Assembly (NCBI GenBank): GCA_031362565.1
Contig: JANLSU010000039.1
Location: forward strand, 64,001-128,000
Direction: 5' to 3'
Origin: a bacterium
GTDB taxonomy: Bacteria; Krumholzibacteriota; Krumholzibacteriia; G020349025
Length of the DNA: 64,000 bases
In this document: one piece after another, positions 10,404-19,184 of the stretch
Layout: each line of letters opens with the position of its first letter
How positions within the stretch are numbered: the stretch's first letter is position 1
Position numbers and translations under genes: made by a program
Notes under the pieces: model-generated
Told to the model about the DNA's origin: nothing
The model's input: only the letters and a program-made list of their open reading frames with translations
The model's database searches: none

Positions 10404-12629
10404 TTGTCCACCGCGACCGCGCCGCCCGAGACACGCAGACTCCCCGGTCTCGGGATCGTGTTCGCGCTCGCGGCGCTTGTGCGGGTCGTGGCGTTGGCGC
10501 TGCAACCCGGACTGACCTACGACGGCACGTACTACTTGCGGCAGGCCGAACGCCTGGCGCACGGCCATTTCAATGTCATCGGCTTCCCGCCCGGATTCCC
10601 CTGCCTCGTGGCGCTCGTGACGCCGCTCGTGGGCGATCCGGTGCTGGCGGCGCGTCTCGTCTCACTCGTAGCGGGCCTCGCGACGCTCGGACTCGCGCTC
10701 AGTCTCGCGCGCGGCATGCTGACGCCACGCGCCGCGTTCGTCGTCGGCGTGTTCTTGGCGCTCGATCCCGACTACGTCCGCACCAGTGTCGAAGTGCTGA
10801 GCGAACCGCTCTACGGTGCTCTGCTCTGCGGCGCGTTGGTCGCCTTTCGCGCCCGGCGTGATGCAATGGTCGGGGCGCTGCTGGGTCTGGCGTTTCTCGT
10901 CCGTCCGGAAGCGGCGATCGTGCTCGCCGCGCTCCTCTATTTGCGCGCCCGGGAGACCAAACGCGTCCCGTGGCAGGCCTGTCTCGGATGGATTCCGGTC
11001 GTCGCGTATGCGGGACTCGCATCGCACGCCGTGGGACATCCGGTGCTGACGCCGAAACAGGATCAGTGGGACTTGGGCGCCGCCACCTGGCAACGTGCCG
11101 GCACGCTGCTATGGACGCTGCACGGCATCTTCCCGATCGTGCTCGTACCCGGCGCCGTGTGGTGGGCCGTGCGGCACGATCGCAGTTTGCTCGTACCGCT
11201 CCTCCCCACCGTGCTGCTGCCGTTTTTCGCGATTCATATTCAGGAGCGTTTTCACGTCCCGGCGCTGCCGATGCTGGCAATTCTGGCGGCGGCTTGGGTC
11301 GAGTCGCTCGGAGCGCGTCCCCGCCGAGCGTGCCTCGTCTTGGCGGCGGTTGCTTGCGCGGCCGGGACCGCGCCGCGCTGGCACCACCTCGTGCGCCCCG
11401 AACCGCTGACGCCACGCGGGCGCGAAATCGGCACCGCCCTGCGCTCCAGCGTGCGCTTCGACGATCAGATCGCGGCGCGATTCCCCATCGTCCCGTACTA
11501 CGCCGGCGCCGGTTTCGTCCGCGCGCCGCGCACCGCATCGTATGAGGCGATGTTGGATTCGGTGCGCGCCGCCGGCGCGACTCACTTGCTGGTGCTCGAA
11601 AACGAGACCGCTGCCATTCTGCCACAACTGCGGCCGCTGTTCGACAATGCTCAGGTGGCCAGTTCGGAATCGCGTCTCGAAGCGGTCGCGTGGGTGGATG
11701 CACCGGTCGGCGCACGGGCCCTCTTGTACCGCTTCCGGCCGGTGCCGGTGCCGGCGGAGAGCGTCCGAGTCCTCGCGTCCGATGTCGTATCGCTGGCTTG
11801 GAACGATCCGTGGCTCTGTACGAGCGACCGCGGTGGCCGCCTCCGCATCGTGGAGCCGGGCGAATTCGGGTCGACGCCGCTGCCGCCCGGCCGCGAACCC
11901 AGTGCTGGGGCCGGCGACGCCGCCATCGTCACGGTGCGCAACGACGGCCTGACGCGTTGGATCTGCAGTACCGACTTGCGCACCGGACACAGCACCGAGT
12001 TTGCCGCGACGCGCGGCGACGCACCCGCCTGGCCGGCGGCAACCGGCGACGCGATCCTCTATGTGCGTACCGCGCCACCCGGCGGACTGCGAGCCCTCGA
12101 TCCCGAGAGCGGCGAAATTCGCCCGGTGCGCTTCGCGGCCATCGAAGCCAGCGTCGCACGGCCGGTTTTCATCACGGCGCGCGGCCGCGACCTCAGTGTG
12201 ACGTTCGAGCGCGGCGGTAAGTCGAGCGTCGTCGCGACCGGCGAGTGGCCCGGTTGGACTGCGGGACACGACACGCTCGACGTGCCCGGTCGCTGGGCGA
12301 CGGCGTTGCAACTCCACGATCCACGCACCGCGTGGGTTCCCGACACCGACGCATTGTTTGCAAGTGTGACGCTCGCCGACTCGACTCCCGACGTCGCGGC
12401 GCTCTGCGTCGTGCAGGGCGCGACGCTCCGCCGGCTCACGTACGGCGTCGTCGAACCGCGTGCCGCCATCGCGCAGCGTCGAGCCGGTGGGCAACTGACG
12501 CTCGTCTTCGTGGCCGGGCGCAACGACTTGTGCCGCGCCCCCCTGCGCGTCGAGGACTTGCGCATTCCCACCGTGCGCGTCTTCCCAGCCCCCTCGGCCC
12601 GGCACGAATCCGGCTCTTTTCGCCCCTAA
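10404..12629 (+). CDS. GT-C fold (ArnT/PMT, GT39-like) membrane glycosyltransferase fused to a C-terminal soluble, propeller-like domain
   Basis: YDGTYY, PPGFP, SEPLY and LVRPEAA motifs in a multi-TM N-terminal half; start uncertain (TTG 10404 chosen; ORF open from 10332). Confidence 0.65.
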   Translation: MSTATAPPETRRLPGLGIVFALAALVRVVALALQPGLTYDGTYYLRQAERLAHGHFNVIGFPPGFPCLVALVTPLVGDPVLAARLVSLVAGLATLGLALSLARGMLTPRAAFVVGVFLALDPDYVRTSVEVLSEPLYGALLCGALVAFRARRDAMVGALLGLAFLVRPEAAIVLAALLYLRARETKRVPWQACLGWIPVVAYAGLASHAVGHPVLTPKQDQWDLGAATWQRAGTLLWTLHGIFPIVLVPGAVWWAVRHDRSLLVPLLPTVLLPFFAIHIQERFHVPALPMLAILAAAWVESLGARPRRACLVLAAVACAAGTAPRWHHLVRPEPLTPRGREIGTALRSSVRFDDQIAARFPIVPYYAGAGFVRAPRTASYEAMLDSVRAAGATHLLVLENETAAILPQLRPLFDNAQVASSESRLEAVAWVDAPVGARALLYRFRPVPVPAESVRVLASDVVSLAWNDPWLCTSDRGGRLRIVEPGEFGSTPLPPGREPSAGAGDAAIVTVRNDGLTRWICSTDLRTGHSTEFAATRGDAPAWPAATGDAILYVRTAPPGGLRALDPESGEIRPVRFAAIEASVARPVFITARGRDLSVTFERGGKSSVVATGEWPGWTAGHDTLDVPGRWATALQLHDPRTAWVPDTDALFASVTLADSTPDVAALCVVQGATLRRLTYGVVEPRAAIAQRRAGGQLTLVFVAGRNDLCRAPLRVEDLRIPTVRVFPAPSARHESGSFRP

Positions 12630-12686
12630 AGCCGTCCGGGCGCCTGGACGCGACTTGACTTCGACATTCACTTCTTGCGGCAGGGC

Positions 12687-14243
12687 ATGACGTTTCCGAC
12701 CACCGAACGGCGTTTGCGCCGCGACCTCGCTGCCATTCGTGGCGATGGGGTCGCGTTCAGCCTCATGGTGGGGTTGGGCGAGACCTATATTCCCGCCTTC
12801 GCACTTGCCGCCGGACTCGGTTCGGTCACGGCTGGATTGGTGACGAGCGTGCCGCTGCTCGGCGGCGCCTTGTTGCAGCTCGTGTCGCCATTCGCAGTGC
12901 GGAAAATCGGCTCACGGCGCACTTGGGCGGTCGCTTGCGTGACCCTGCAGGCGGCGTGCTACGCACCGCTCGCGATCGCGGCGTGGTGCGGACGTGTTCC
13001 GGCCGTCGCCCTGTTCGCGATCACGTGTCTCTACTGGGGCGCGAGCATGGGCGCCGGGCCGGCGTGGAGCGGCTGGGTCGGAACGATCGTCCCGGCTCGA
13101 GTGCGCACGACGTACTGGGCGGAGCGCAGCCGTCTCGGCCACGTGGCGCTGCTCGCCGGCTTGCTGGTGGGCGGCGCGGTGCTGCACTTTTGCGCGCCGC
13201 CGCATCGCACGGATCTCCTGGCCTTCGCTGCACTGTTCGCCGCGGCCGGGCTCTGCCGCGCCGTTTCGGCGCGTTGCTTGGCAAGCATCCCGGGCGAAGT
13301 CGCCCCGCCACCGGCACGGGTCTTGGGAACGCGCGCGGTGATCGCGCGTCTCGGCAGCGGCGAAACCGGTCGCTTGTTGCGTTTCGCGCTGGCGCTGCAA
13401 GCCGCGGTGCAAGTCGCGGGGCCCTTCTTCACGCCCTACATGCTGCGGCAACTGCATCTGCCCTACACGGCGTATGTCATTCTGCTCGCCGCGTCCTACG
13501 GCGCCAAGATCATCAGCATGCCGCTCGTGGGCCGCGCCGCACGCCGTCACGGTGCGCTGCGTTTGCTGCGTCTCGGTGCTCTGGGCATCGCGCCCTTGCC
13601 GGCCCTTTGGCTCGTGTCGTCATCGCTGCCCTGGCTCATCGCGGTGAACGTGCTCTCGGGCGTCGTCTGGGCGACCTACGAACTGTCGCTCTTTTTGTTG
13701 GTGTTCGAGACCATCGAGGACACCGAGCGCACGAGTGTGCTCGCGGCCTACAACGTCGTGAATGCATTCGTGACCGTCGGCGGTGCGGCACTCGGTGGGA
13801 TTCTCTTGCAGCATGGCGGCATCTTCGCGCCGGTGTTCGCGCTGTCGTCGATCCTGCGCGTTCTGACCCTGCCACTCGCAGCGCGGCTCCGCGCGACAGG
13901 TTCCGGCCGCACGCTCCCGAGCTGGACGTACGGGGTCACCGGGCGCCAGGTTTTGGCGGCTTGTCGGGCACCGCGGGCACAACAGGCGCTACGGGCGCCG
14001 GGCGTACGCGCTTTGGGTTGCCCCGCACTTCCAGATTCGGGCCGAGATGGCACTGCACGCACAGAGCCCGTTTGGGTTCGCGGAGCAACAACCGTTCGTA
14101 GTCGCTGGAATGCGGCGAGTGACACGAGGTGCACTCCAAATCCATCCCCGTCCGTGGATCCTTCGCCGGGCCCTGATACGGATGCGGGTGCACCTTCGAC
14201 ACATCGTGGCATTGCATGCACAACACCGACTGCGGTGCCTTGA
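12687..14243 (+). CDS. MFS transporter with a C-terminal tail overlapping the convergent cytochrome gene
   Basis: About 12 hydrophobic segments, DGVAFSLMVGLGETYIPAFAL, GPFFTPYMLRQL; ATG 12687 (TTG 12675 alternative). Confidence 0.8.
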   Translation: MTFPTTERRLRRDLAAIRGDGVAFSLMVGLGETYIPAFALAAGLGSVTAGLVTSVPLLGGALLQLVSPFAVRKIGSRRTWAVACVTLQAACYAPLAIAAWCGRVPAVALFAITCLYWGASMGAGPAWSGWVGTIVPARVRTTYWAERSRLGHVALLAGLLVGGAVLHFCAPPHRTDLLAFAALFAAAGLCRAVSARCLASIPGEVAPPPARVLGTRAVIARLGSGETGRLLRFALALQAAVQVAGPFFTPYMLRQLHLPYTAYVILLAASYGAKIISMPLVGRAARRHGALRLLRLGALGIAPLPALWLVSSSLPWLIAVNVLSGVVWATYELSLFLLVFETIEDTERTSVLAAYNVVNAFVTVGGAALGGILLQHGGIFAPVFALSSILRVLTLPLAARLRATGSGRTLPSWTYGVTGRQVLAACRAPRAQQALRAPGVRALGCPALPDSGRDGTARTEPVWVRGATTVRSRWNAASDTRCTPNPSPSVDPSPGPDTDAGAPSTHRGIACTTPTAVP

Positions 14244-17226
14244 GAATCTTGCGCGTCGTACTGCCGTGTGGAGAGTGGCAATTCGTACAAGTCTCTACAT
14301 CCGGGTGTTTGTTCTTCTTGGCAAACAGCCCGCGGTCATGACACGCGACGCAGGTCGATTGCAGATCGGCCTTCCGCAACAATGCGTCCGTGGTTCCGCC
14401 ATGCGGGGAGTGACACTCGAGACAGCTCTTGCCACGCAGTAGCGCCACATGCGGCGCGGTCTTGGTCAGATCCGCCTTGTGGTCGTCGTGGCAGGTCAGA
14501 CACAACTCGGGTGCTGGCGCGACGAGTTGCTTCTGCGGCGTGTGGCATGCATCGCATTGGTTTTCGGCGAATGGCGCGTGCTGTTTGGGTGGCAAGAGTG
14601 CGCGCTGACCACTGCCGTGGGGATCGTGGCACTCGGTGCAGGCTTGAATGCCGTCCGCGAATCCTTTGTGTTTGGTGCGGAACACGGCGGCGTTCGCATC
14701 ATGACACTTCACGCACAGTTCGCGATCGGTCGCCGTCCGGCGCAGCCCGCGCGCCTTGCCCTCATGCGGGGCGTGACATTCCAGGCACTTGCCGCTACGC
14801 GCCGGCGAATGCCCATGCGCGCCCTGGGCACGTTTGACGATGTCGGCGTGACACGTGGCACACAGCTCCGCAACCGGGCGCACCAGCAACCCAGGCTCGA
14901 CGCCTTCGTGCGGCCGGTGGCACGTGATGCACTGGCCCTCGCGCACGGGGCGGTGCACGAGCGTGGTATCGCCGGCAGTCGTGACATCGGTGTGACATTC
15001 ACGACACATCTGTCCTGGCTTGGCGACGAGCAGTGGCTTGATGCTGGACGCATGCGGCGCGTGGCAGCTCGTGCACTCACCCGCTTCGAACGGCGCGTGT
15101 TGGGCGTGTCCGGGCGGGGTCTTCGGCGGCGTGTGGCATGTCCCGCAAGTTTCGCCCACCGCGGCCGCCAGTTCAACCTTCGCCCCGGGGGCGGGCGGTT
15201 TGTGGCAGGACGTGCAATCACCTTCCGCAAACGGCGCGTGGACTTGGGCCCGCAGCAGTCCCTTCTTGTCCGACCGATGCGGGTCGTGACACGTGGTGCA
15301 CGAGGCCTCGGTGACTGGGAACTCCTTGTGCGCAGCGCGCAGTTTCGAGGTGCCCAGATCGTGGCAGGCGGTGCAGGCCTTCACGAGCGCGATCTTGCCG
15401 TCCGCGCCGCGCGTCCGGTGGGCGTCGTGGCAGGTGTTGCATTCTCCGGCCCCGACCGGGGCGTGGACAACACCCTTCGACATCAGTGCGTCATGCAAGG
15501 CCGTGTGGCACTGGAAACAAAGCTCCGACCCTGTATTCACGAGCAGCGCCTTGGTTCCGGCCGTTGCATGCGGGCTATGGCAATCGATGCACTCGCCCTT
15601 CCGAACCGGTGTGTGCATCTGGGCCGCGGGCACGGCCGCCAGTTTCTCTCCATGACATTTCGCACACAGACCGGCGGCGTTCTGGACCAGCAGGCCAGGC
15701 GTCGTCGACTGGTGCGGAGCGTGGCAGGTGCCGCATTCGCCCGCCGCGAAAGGCGGGTGCTGGGTGGCCATGCGGAGTTCGTCGGCTTGGGCACGGTGGC
15801 AACTCAGACACAGTTGCGGGGTGGGCTTTTGCAGCATCGCCTTCTGATCATTGCCATGCGGGTCATGGCACGTCGTGCATTCACCGCTCGCATAGGGCAG
15901 ATGGATCACATCGTTCGGTCCGGCAGGCTTGGCCGCGCCATGGCATTCACGGCAATCCGATTCGACATCCTTCTTCAACAGCGCATGCTCGGTGCTCGCA
16001 TGCGCCACGTGACACGTCGAGCAGGCCTCCTGCGCCGGCGGATGGGGTGACTTCGCGGCCTGCACCTTGGCGGCCAACGGGCCGTGACACGCCGTGCACA
16101 GTGCGGGGTCCACCTTTTGCGTCATGTGCGGCGCCCCGCCGCCGTGCGGCGTGTGGCACACCGTACAATCGAAGTCGCGGAAGGGTGCGTGCACCGAGGC
16201 CTTCTTGGCCTCGTCGCGAATGCCCTGATGGCAAGGAGTACACAGCGTTTCAGCGTCGCCGCGCAGCAGCGACGGGCGTTGCGACTGGTGCGGCGCATGA
16301 CAAAACAGGCAGTCGCCCTCGGCGGCCGGTGGATGGCCATCCTTTGCCGCGGCAACCGCCTGCACCGGCGCGTGGCAGGTGACACACAGTTGTTTCTTGT
16401 CCGCCTGCAGTTTCTCGGGATGCGCCGGCAGGTCGGTGTGGCATGCCTCGCACTGGGCGCGCCCATAGGGCGCGTGAATGTACGCGCCCTTCTTCGCGGT
16501 CGACTCGGCGTGCGGGTCGTGGCACGAAGTACAAGATGCGCCCGCCACTTCTGGTTTACGGTGCAGTTCCGGCAACCGCGCGACGTCACCATGGCAGCGG
16601 GCGCACATTTTCGATTCGGGTTCCAGTAAGAGGTGCTTTTCGGGAGCCGAGTGGCCACCGTGGCATTCCTGGCAGCGCCCTTGCGCGAAAGGCGCGTGCT
16701 GCTTCGGGGATGCCATCGCTGCGGCGATCCGGGTGTGGCACGCGGCACACGCTGGTGCCCAGGAGGCAGTGGATGTCGTCGCCGCAGCAGCCGGTTTCTT
16801 CGCCGCGATCGCGCCTTTCGGCGCCGGCGGGCGCGTCGCGGTCGAATCGCTGCGCGCGGCTTCGCGCAAGAGGCCTTTGTTGTTTGCCGCATGCGGGTCG
16901 TGGCACGACGTGCACGAGACATCCGCTTGGTGCAAGTGATCGGAGCCGGCTCCGCCGGGCGCTTTTACGTTCTTGTGGCACTCGAGGCAGAGTTCGGGTT
17001 GTTTGGCGGTGAGAACGAGCTTTTGCGTGAAGCCATGCCGCTTATGGCAGGCCTCGCAGTTCTCTTTCTTGACGGGGTCGTGGACGAAGGCCTTCGCGTA
17101 GGTCTTGCGCGCCGCGGCATGACACTCGTAGCACGAGCGACTCGCCTGCCCGAGAACGCGCCCGGGCCATGCACACAGCAGCAGGGCGAGCAAAATCTGG
17201 CCGCCGACCCACCGACCCGTATTCAT
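13936..17226 (-). CDS. Giant periplasmic multiheme cytochrome c, 42 CXXCH (doubled-CXXCH repeats)
   Basis: Start MNTGRWVGGQILLALLLCAW (signal peptide); 42 CXXCH counted manually in about 1096 aa; repeating HxP-x4-5-CxxCHxPH...LL...LCxxCH units. Confidence 0.95.
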   Translation of the reverse strand: MNTGRWVGGQILLALLLCAWPGRVLGQASRSCYECHAAARKTYAKAFVHDPVKKENCEACHKRHGFTQKLVLTAKQPELCLECHKNVKAPGGAGSDHLHQADVSCTSCHDPHAANNKGLLREAARSDSTATRPPAPKGAIAAKKPAAAATTSTASWAPACAACHTRIAAAMASPKQHAPFAQGRCQECHGGHSAPEKHLLLEPESKMCARCHGDVARLPELHRKPEVAGASCTSCHDPHAESTAKKGAYIHAPYGRAQCEACHTDLPAHPEKLQADKKQLCVTCHAPVQAVAAAKDGHPPAAEGDCLFCHAPHQSQRPSLLRGDAETLCTPCHQGIRDEAKKASVHAPFRDFDCTVCHTPHGGGAPHMTQKVDPALCTACHGPLAAKVQAAKSPHPPAQEACSTCHVAHASTEHALLKKDVESDCRECHGAAKPAGPNDVIHLPYASGECTTCHDPHGNDQKAMLQKPTPQLCLSCHRAQADELRMATQHPPFAAGECGTCHAPHQSTTPGLLVQNAAGLCAKCHGEKLAAVPAAQMHTPVRKGECIDCHSPHATAGTKALLVNTGSELCFQCHTALHDALMSKGVVHAPVGAGECNTCHDAHRTRGADGKIALVKACTACHDLGTSKLRAAHKEFPVTEASCTTCHDPHRSDKKGLLRAQVHAPFAEGDCTSCHKPPAPGAKVELAAAVGETCGTCHTPPKTPPGHAQHAPFEAGECTSCHAPHASSIKPLLVAKPGQMCRECHTDVTTAGDTTLVHRPVREGQCITCHRPHEGVEPGLLVRPVAELCATCHADIVKRAQGAHGHSPARSGKCLECHAPHEGKARGLRRTATDRELCVKCHDANAAVFRTKHKGFADGIQACTECHDPHGSGQRALLPPKQHAPFAENQCDACHTPQKQLVAPAPELCLTCHDDHKADLTKTAPHVALLRGKSCLECHSPHGGTTDALLRKADLQSTCVACHDRGLFAKKNKHPDVETCTNCHSPHGSTTRKILKAPQSVLCMQCHDVSKVHPHPYQGPAKDPRTGMDLECTSCHSPHSSDYERLLLREPKRALCVQCHLGPNLEVRGNPKRVRPAPVAPVVPAVPDKPPKPGAR

Positions 17227-17233
17227 GGCAGCG

Positions 17234-17911
17234 TCACTCGGGCTTCCGGGTTGGCGTGCTGTTGTCGACAGCGGCAGGCTTGACCGGCGTTGCCGGCGCC
17301 GCATGCTTCACGGGGCGCATCGTGGCAGGCGGAGCCAGCCGTGTTGAACGGGGGGCCGGCTTGGCGCTCGCGGCCTGCAACGGCTTCGCAACGCCCGGGC
17401 CCGTCCATCCCTGGATTTCCTTGAGCTGGAAAGTGAAGAAGGACTTCGGAGAGAAGTGCGGCGGGAAATTCAAGAAGGCATAGACACTGTCCGCCATCGC
17501 GCTGTCGCCGCGCACGAAGACATGAATCGCAGGGTTTTTCAGCGAATCGGATGCGGACAGGACCTTGCCGTCGATGGTGCGGAAGTCGGGATACAGATCC
17601 CGGACGACGGCCTCGTTCTGCGTGTCCCCGAGCATGAAGGGCTCGCCGATGTGGACCCGATGTTCTTCCTTCCAGTCCGGATACAGGCGGCTGCCGGCTT
17701 CGATCACCAGCAGCAGCCGGGGGTCCTGGACCGGCGGGGAACTCCGAACCGTTACGGGCTTGAGGGCGGCCGGGGCCTCCGCCGCCGGAACCATTGCGAC
17801 GGCGAGTACAAGCACCATCCCGAAGACCACCGCACCAAGGCCAGCCATCCACAACAAGTCGCCGAGTGCGAGCCTGGGTGGCGATTGATTCGTGGACTCA
17901 AGGTCTTTCAT
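17234..17911 (-). CDS. Membrane-anchored protein with a ResB/Ccs1-like (DUF2155-like) periplasmic domain
   Basis: ATG 17911 after GAAAGGAAG; one N-terminal TM; LYPDF-x4-GKVLSASDSLKNPAIHV...AFLNFPPHF pattern resembles the ResB periplasmic segment (from memory). Confidence 0.5.
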   Translation of the reverse strand: MKDLESTNQSPPRLALGDLLWMAGLGAVVFGMVLVLAVAMVPAAEAPAALKPVTVRSSPPVQDPRLLLVIEAGSRLYPDWKEEHRVHIGEPFMLGDTQNEAVVRDLYPDFRTIDGKVLSASDSLKNPAIHVFVRGDSAMADSVYAFLNFPPHFSPKSFFTFQLKEIQGWTGPGVAKPLQAASAKPAPRSTRLAPPATMRPVKHAAPATPVKPAAVDNSTPTRKPE

Positions 17912-17916
17912 CCGAC

Positions 17917-18573
17917 TCACTTCCTTTCGCGAGAAGCGACGCGAGATTGCTGCGCCTGTTCCATGGCGGCCGCGAACGGGCGCACCGCTTCGTGTGCGAC
18001 CGCCGCGGAAAGCTGTTCCATCGCATTGACGCGGCCGAGGCCGAACAGCCATTCGCCGTCCGCGCCATCTCTGCCGTGAACCGTCGACCACACGACACGT
18101 GAGCCGGGCGTGCGCACCAGCCGCAGTGCCAGCGAAACTTGCGGTGTCCGTCCCTCGCGGTCGTCCCGGCCGCCGTACGCGAGCAACGCACCCTGGAGGA
18201 GCCCGTCTGCATGCAGTTCCGCGCCGATTCGATCGGCCAAGTCCGGCGGCAAACGGTCGAGCAGCAACCAGGGCTCCTTGGCGAGCGCGTCTTCGACGGC
18301 GCCGGGATCCACGACCTCGAGGCCTGGAATACGCGCCAATTCGTTCGCGAGTGCCAAGCCGAGCCGTTGCGGCGCATCGCGATCGGGCGAGTAGTTGGCG
18401 AGTGGTAACAGCGCGACGCGGAAAGGCCGGCTGGAGCTATCGGCCGACGCGAAGGGCCGCTCTTCCGGCGCGATGAAGGTGCGTGGTTGCGGCACGCAGC
18501 CCAGGGCGCAAGCCAGCAAGGCGAAAGCACTGGCCCGAGCTGCACGCCGTACTTCACGACGCAGGTTTCGCAT
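17917..18573 (-). CDS. Outer-membrane lipoprotein, PelC/GNA1162(DUF799)/CsgG-like fold
   Basis: Lipobox ALLACALG-C; RVALLPLANYS...IGAELHADGLLQG...VSLALRLV...RVVWS pattern. Confidence 0.7.
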   Translation of the reverse strand: MRNLRREVRRAARASAFALLACALGCVPQPRTFIAPEERPFASADSSSRPFRVALLPLANYSPDRDAPQRLGLALANELARIPGLEVVDPGAVEDALAKEPWLLLDRLPPDLADRIGAELHADGLLQGALLAYGGRDDREGRTPQVSLALRLVRTPGSRVVWSTVHGRDGADGEWLFGLGRVNAMEQLSAAVAHEAVRPFAAAMEQAQQSRVASRERK

Positions 18574-19147
18574 GCCGAGTCACCTCCGGCAACGTGCGCA
18601 AGAGTTGGCGACAAGTCGCCGCAGCCAGACCGTCGATCGTGCGTTCGGGGCGGCCCAAGAAGGGCACTCCGGGGCCGCTGTGCCGCGTGGCACTGGCGCT
18701 CCACACGAGCCGCCCGGTCGCCACGTCCACGAAGCGCACTTCCAGCGCCACCAGCGGATAGGAATCACGCCCATTCTGCACCATCGTGAATTCGCGCACC
18801 GTGCCGATGAATACGCCTTGCACGTCGGTTTCCTTGCCTAACTTCGTGAGTTCCCCGCTGGACCATGGGTTCGCATAGGGCGTGCCGCCGCGCACCCGCG
18901 TCATGGCGCTTGCGAACTGGCCGGGTTCCAACACTTGATCGAACTTCCGTTGCAGCAGTTCTGAAAAGAACACGTCAGTCACCTTCTCGCCCGCCAGCCG
19001 GTCTTGCGCCAGTGACGAGAACGGAATGACGGCGACTCGCTCGTAGAAGGGCATGTCCGCATCGGGATGCACGAAGCGTGTCATGCCTCCGCAGCCGCAC
19101 AGGAGGGCCAGGGTCGTGACCCACGCCGTCTTGCACCCCATTCTCAT
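18554..19147 (-). CDS. Second PelC/GNA1162/CsgG-like lipoprotein (paralog)
   Basis: ATG 19147 after AAAGGA; lipobox LALLCG-C; RVAVIPF...LGKETDVQGVFIGTV...VRFVDVATGRLVWSAS. Confidence 0.75.
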   Translation of the reverse strand: MRMGCKTAWVTTLALLCGCGGMTRFVHPDADMPFYERVAVIPFSSLAQDRLAGEKVTDVFFSELLQRKFDQVLEPGQFASAMTRVRGGTPYANPWSSGELTKLGKETDVQGVFIGTVREFTMVQNGRDSYPLVALEVRFVDVATGRLVWSASATRHSGPGVPFLGRPERTIDGLAAATCRQLLRTLPEVTRHAKPAS

Positions 19148-19184
19148 CGTCGTCCTTTGCAACCATGACGCGCCCGAGCGCTGG

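Noticed and set aside
13936..17226. CRISPR or DNA tandem repeat suggested by recurring GTGGCA/TGCCAC words
   Set aside because: These are Cys-His codons of CXXCH motifs, not fixed-length repeats with spacers.
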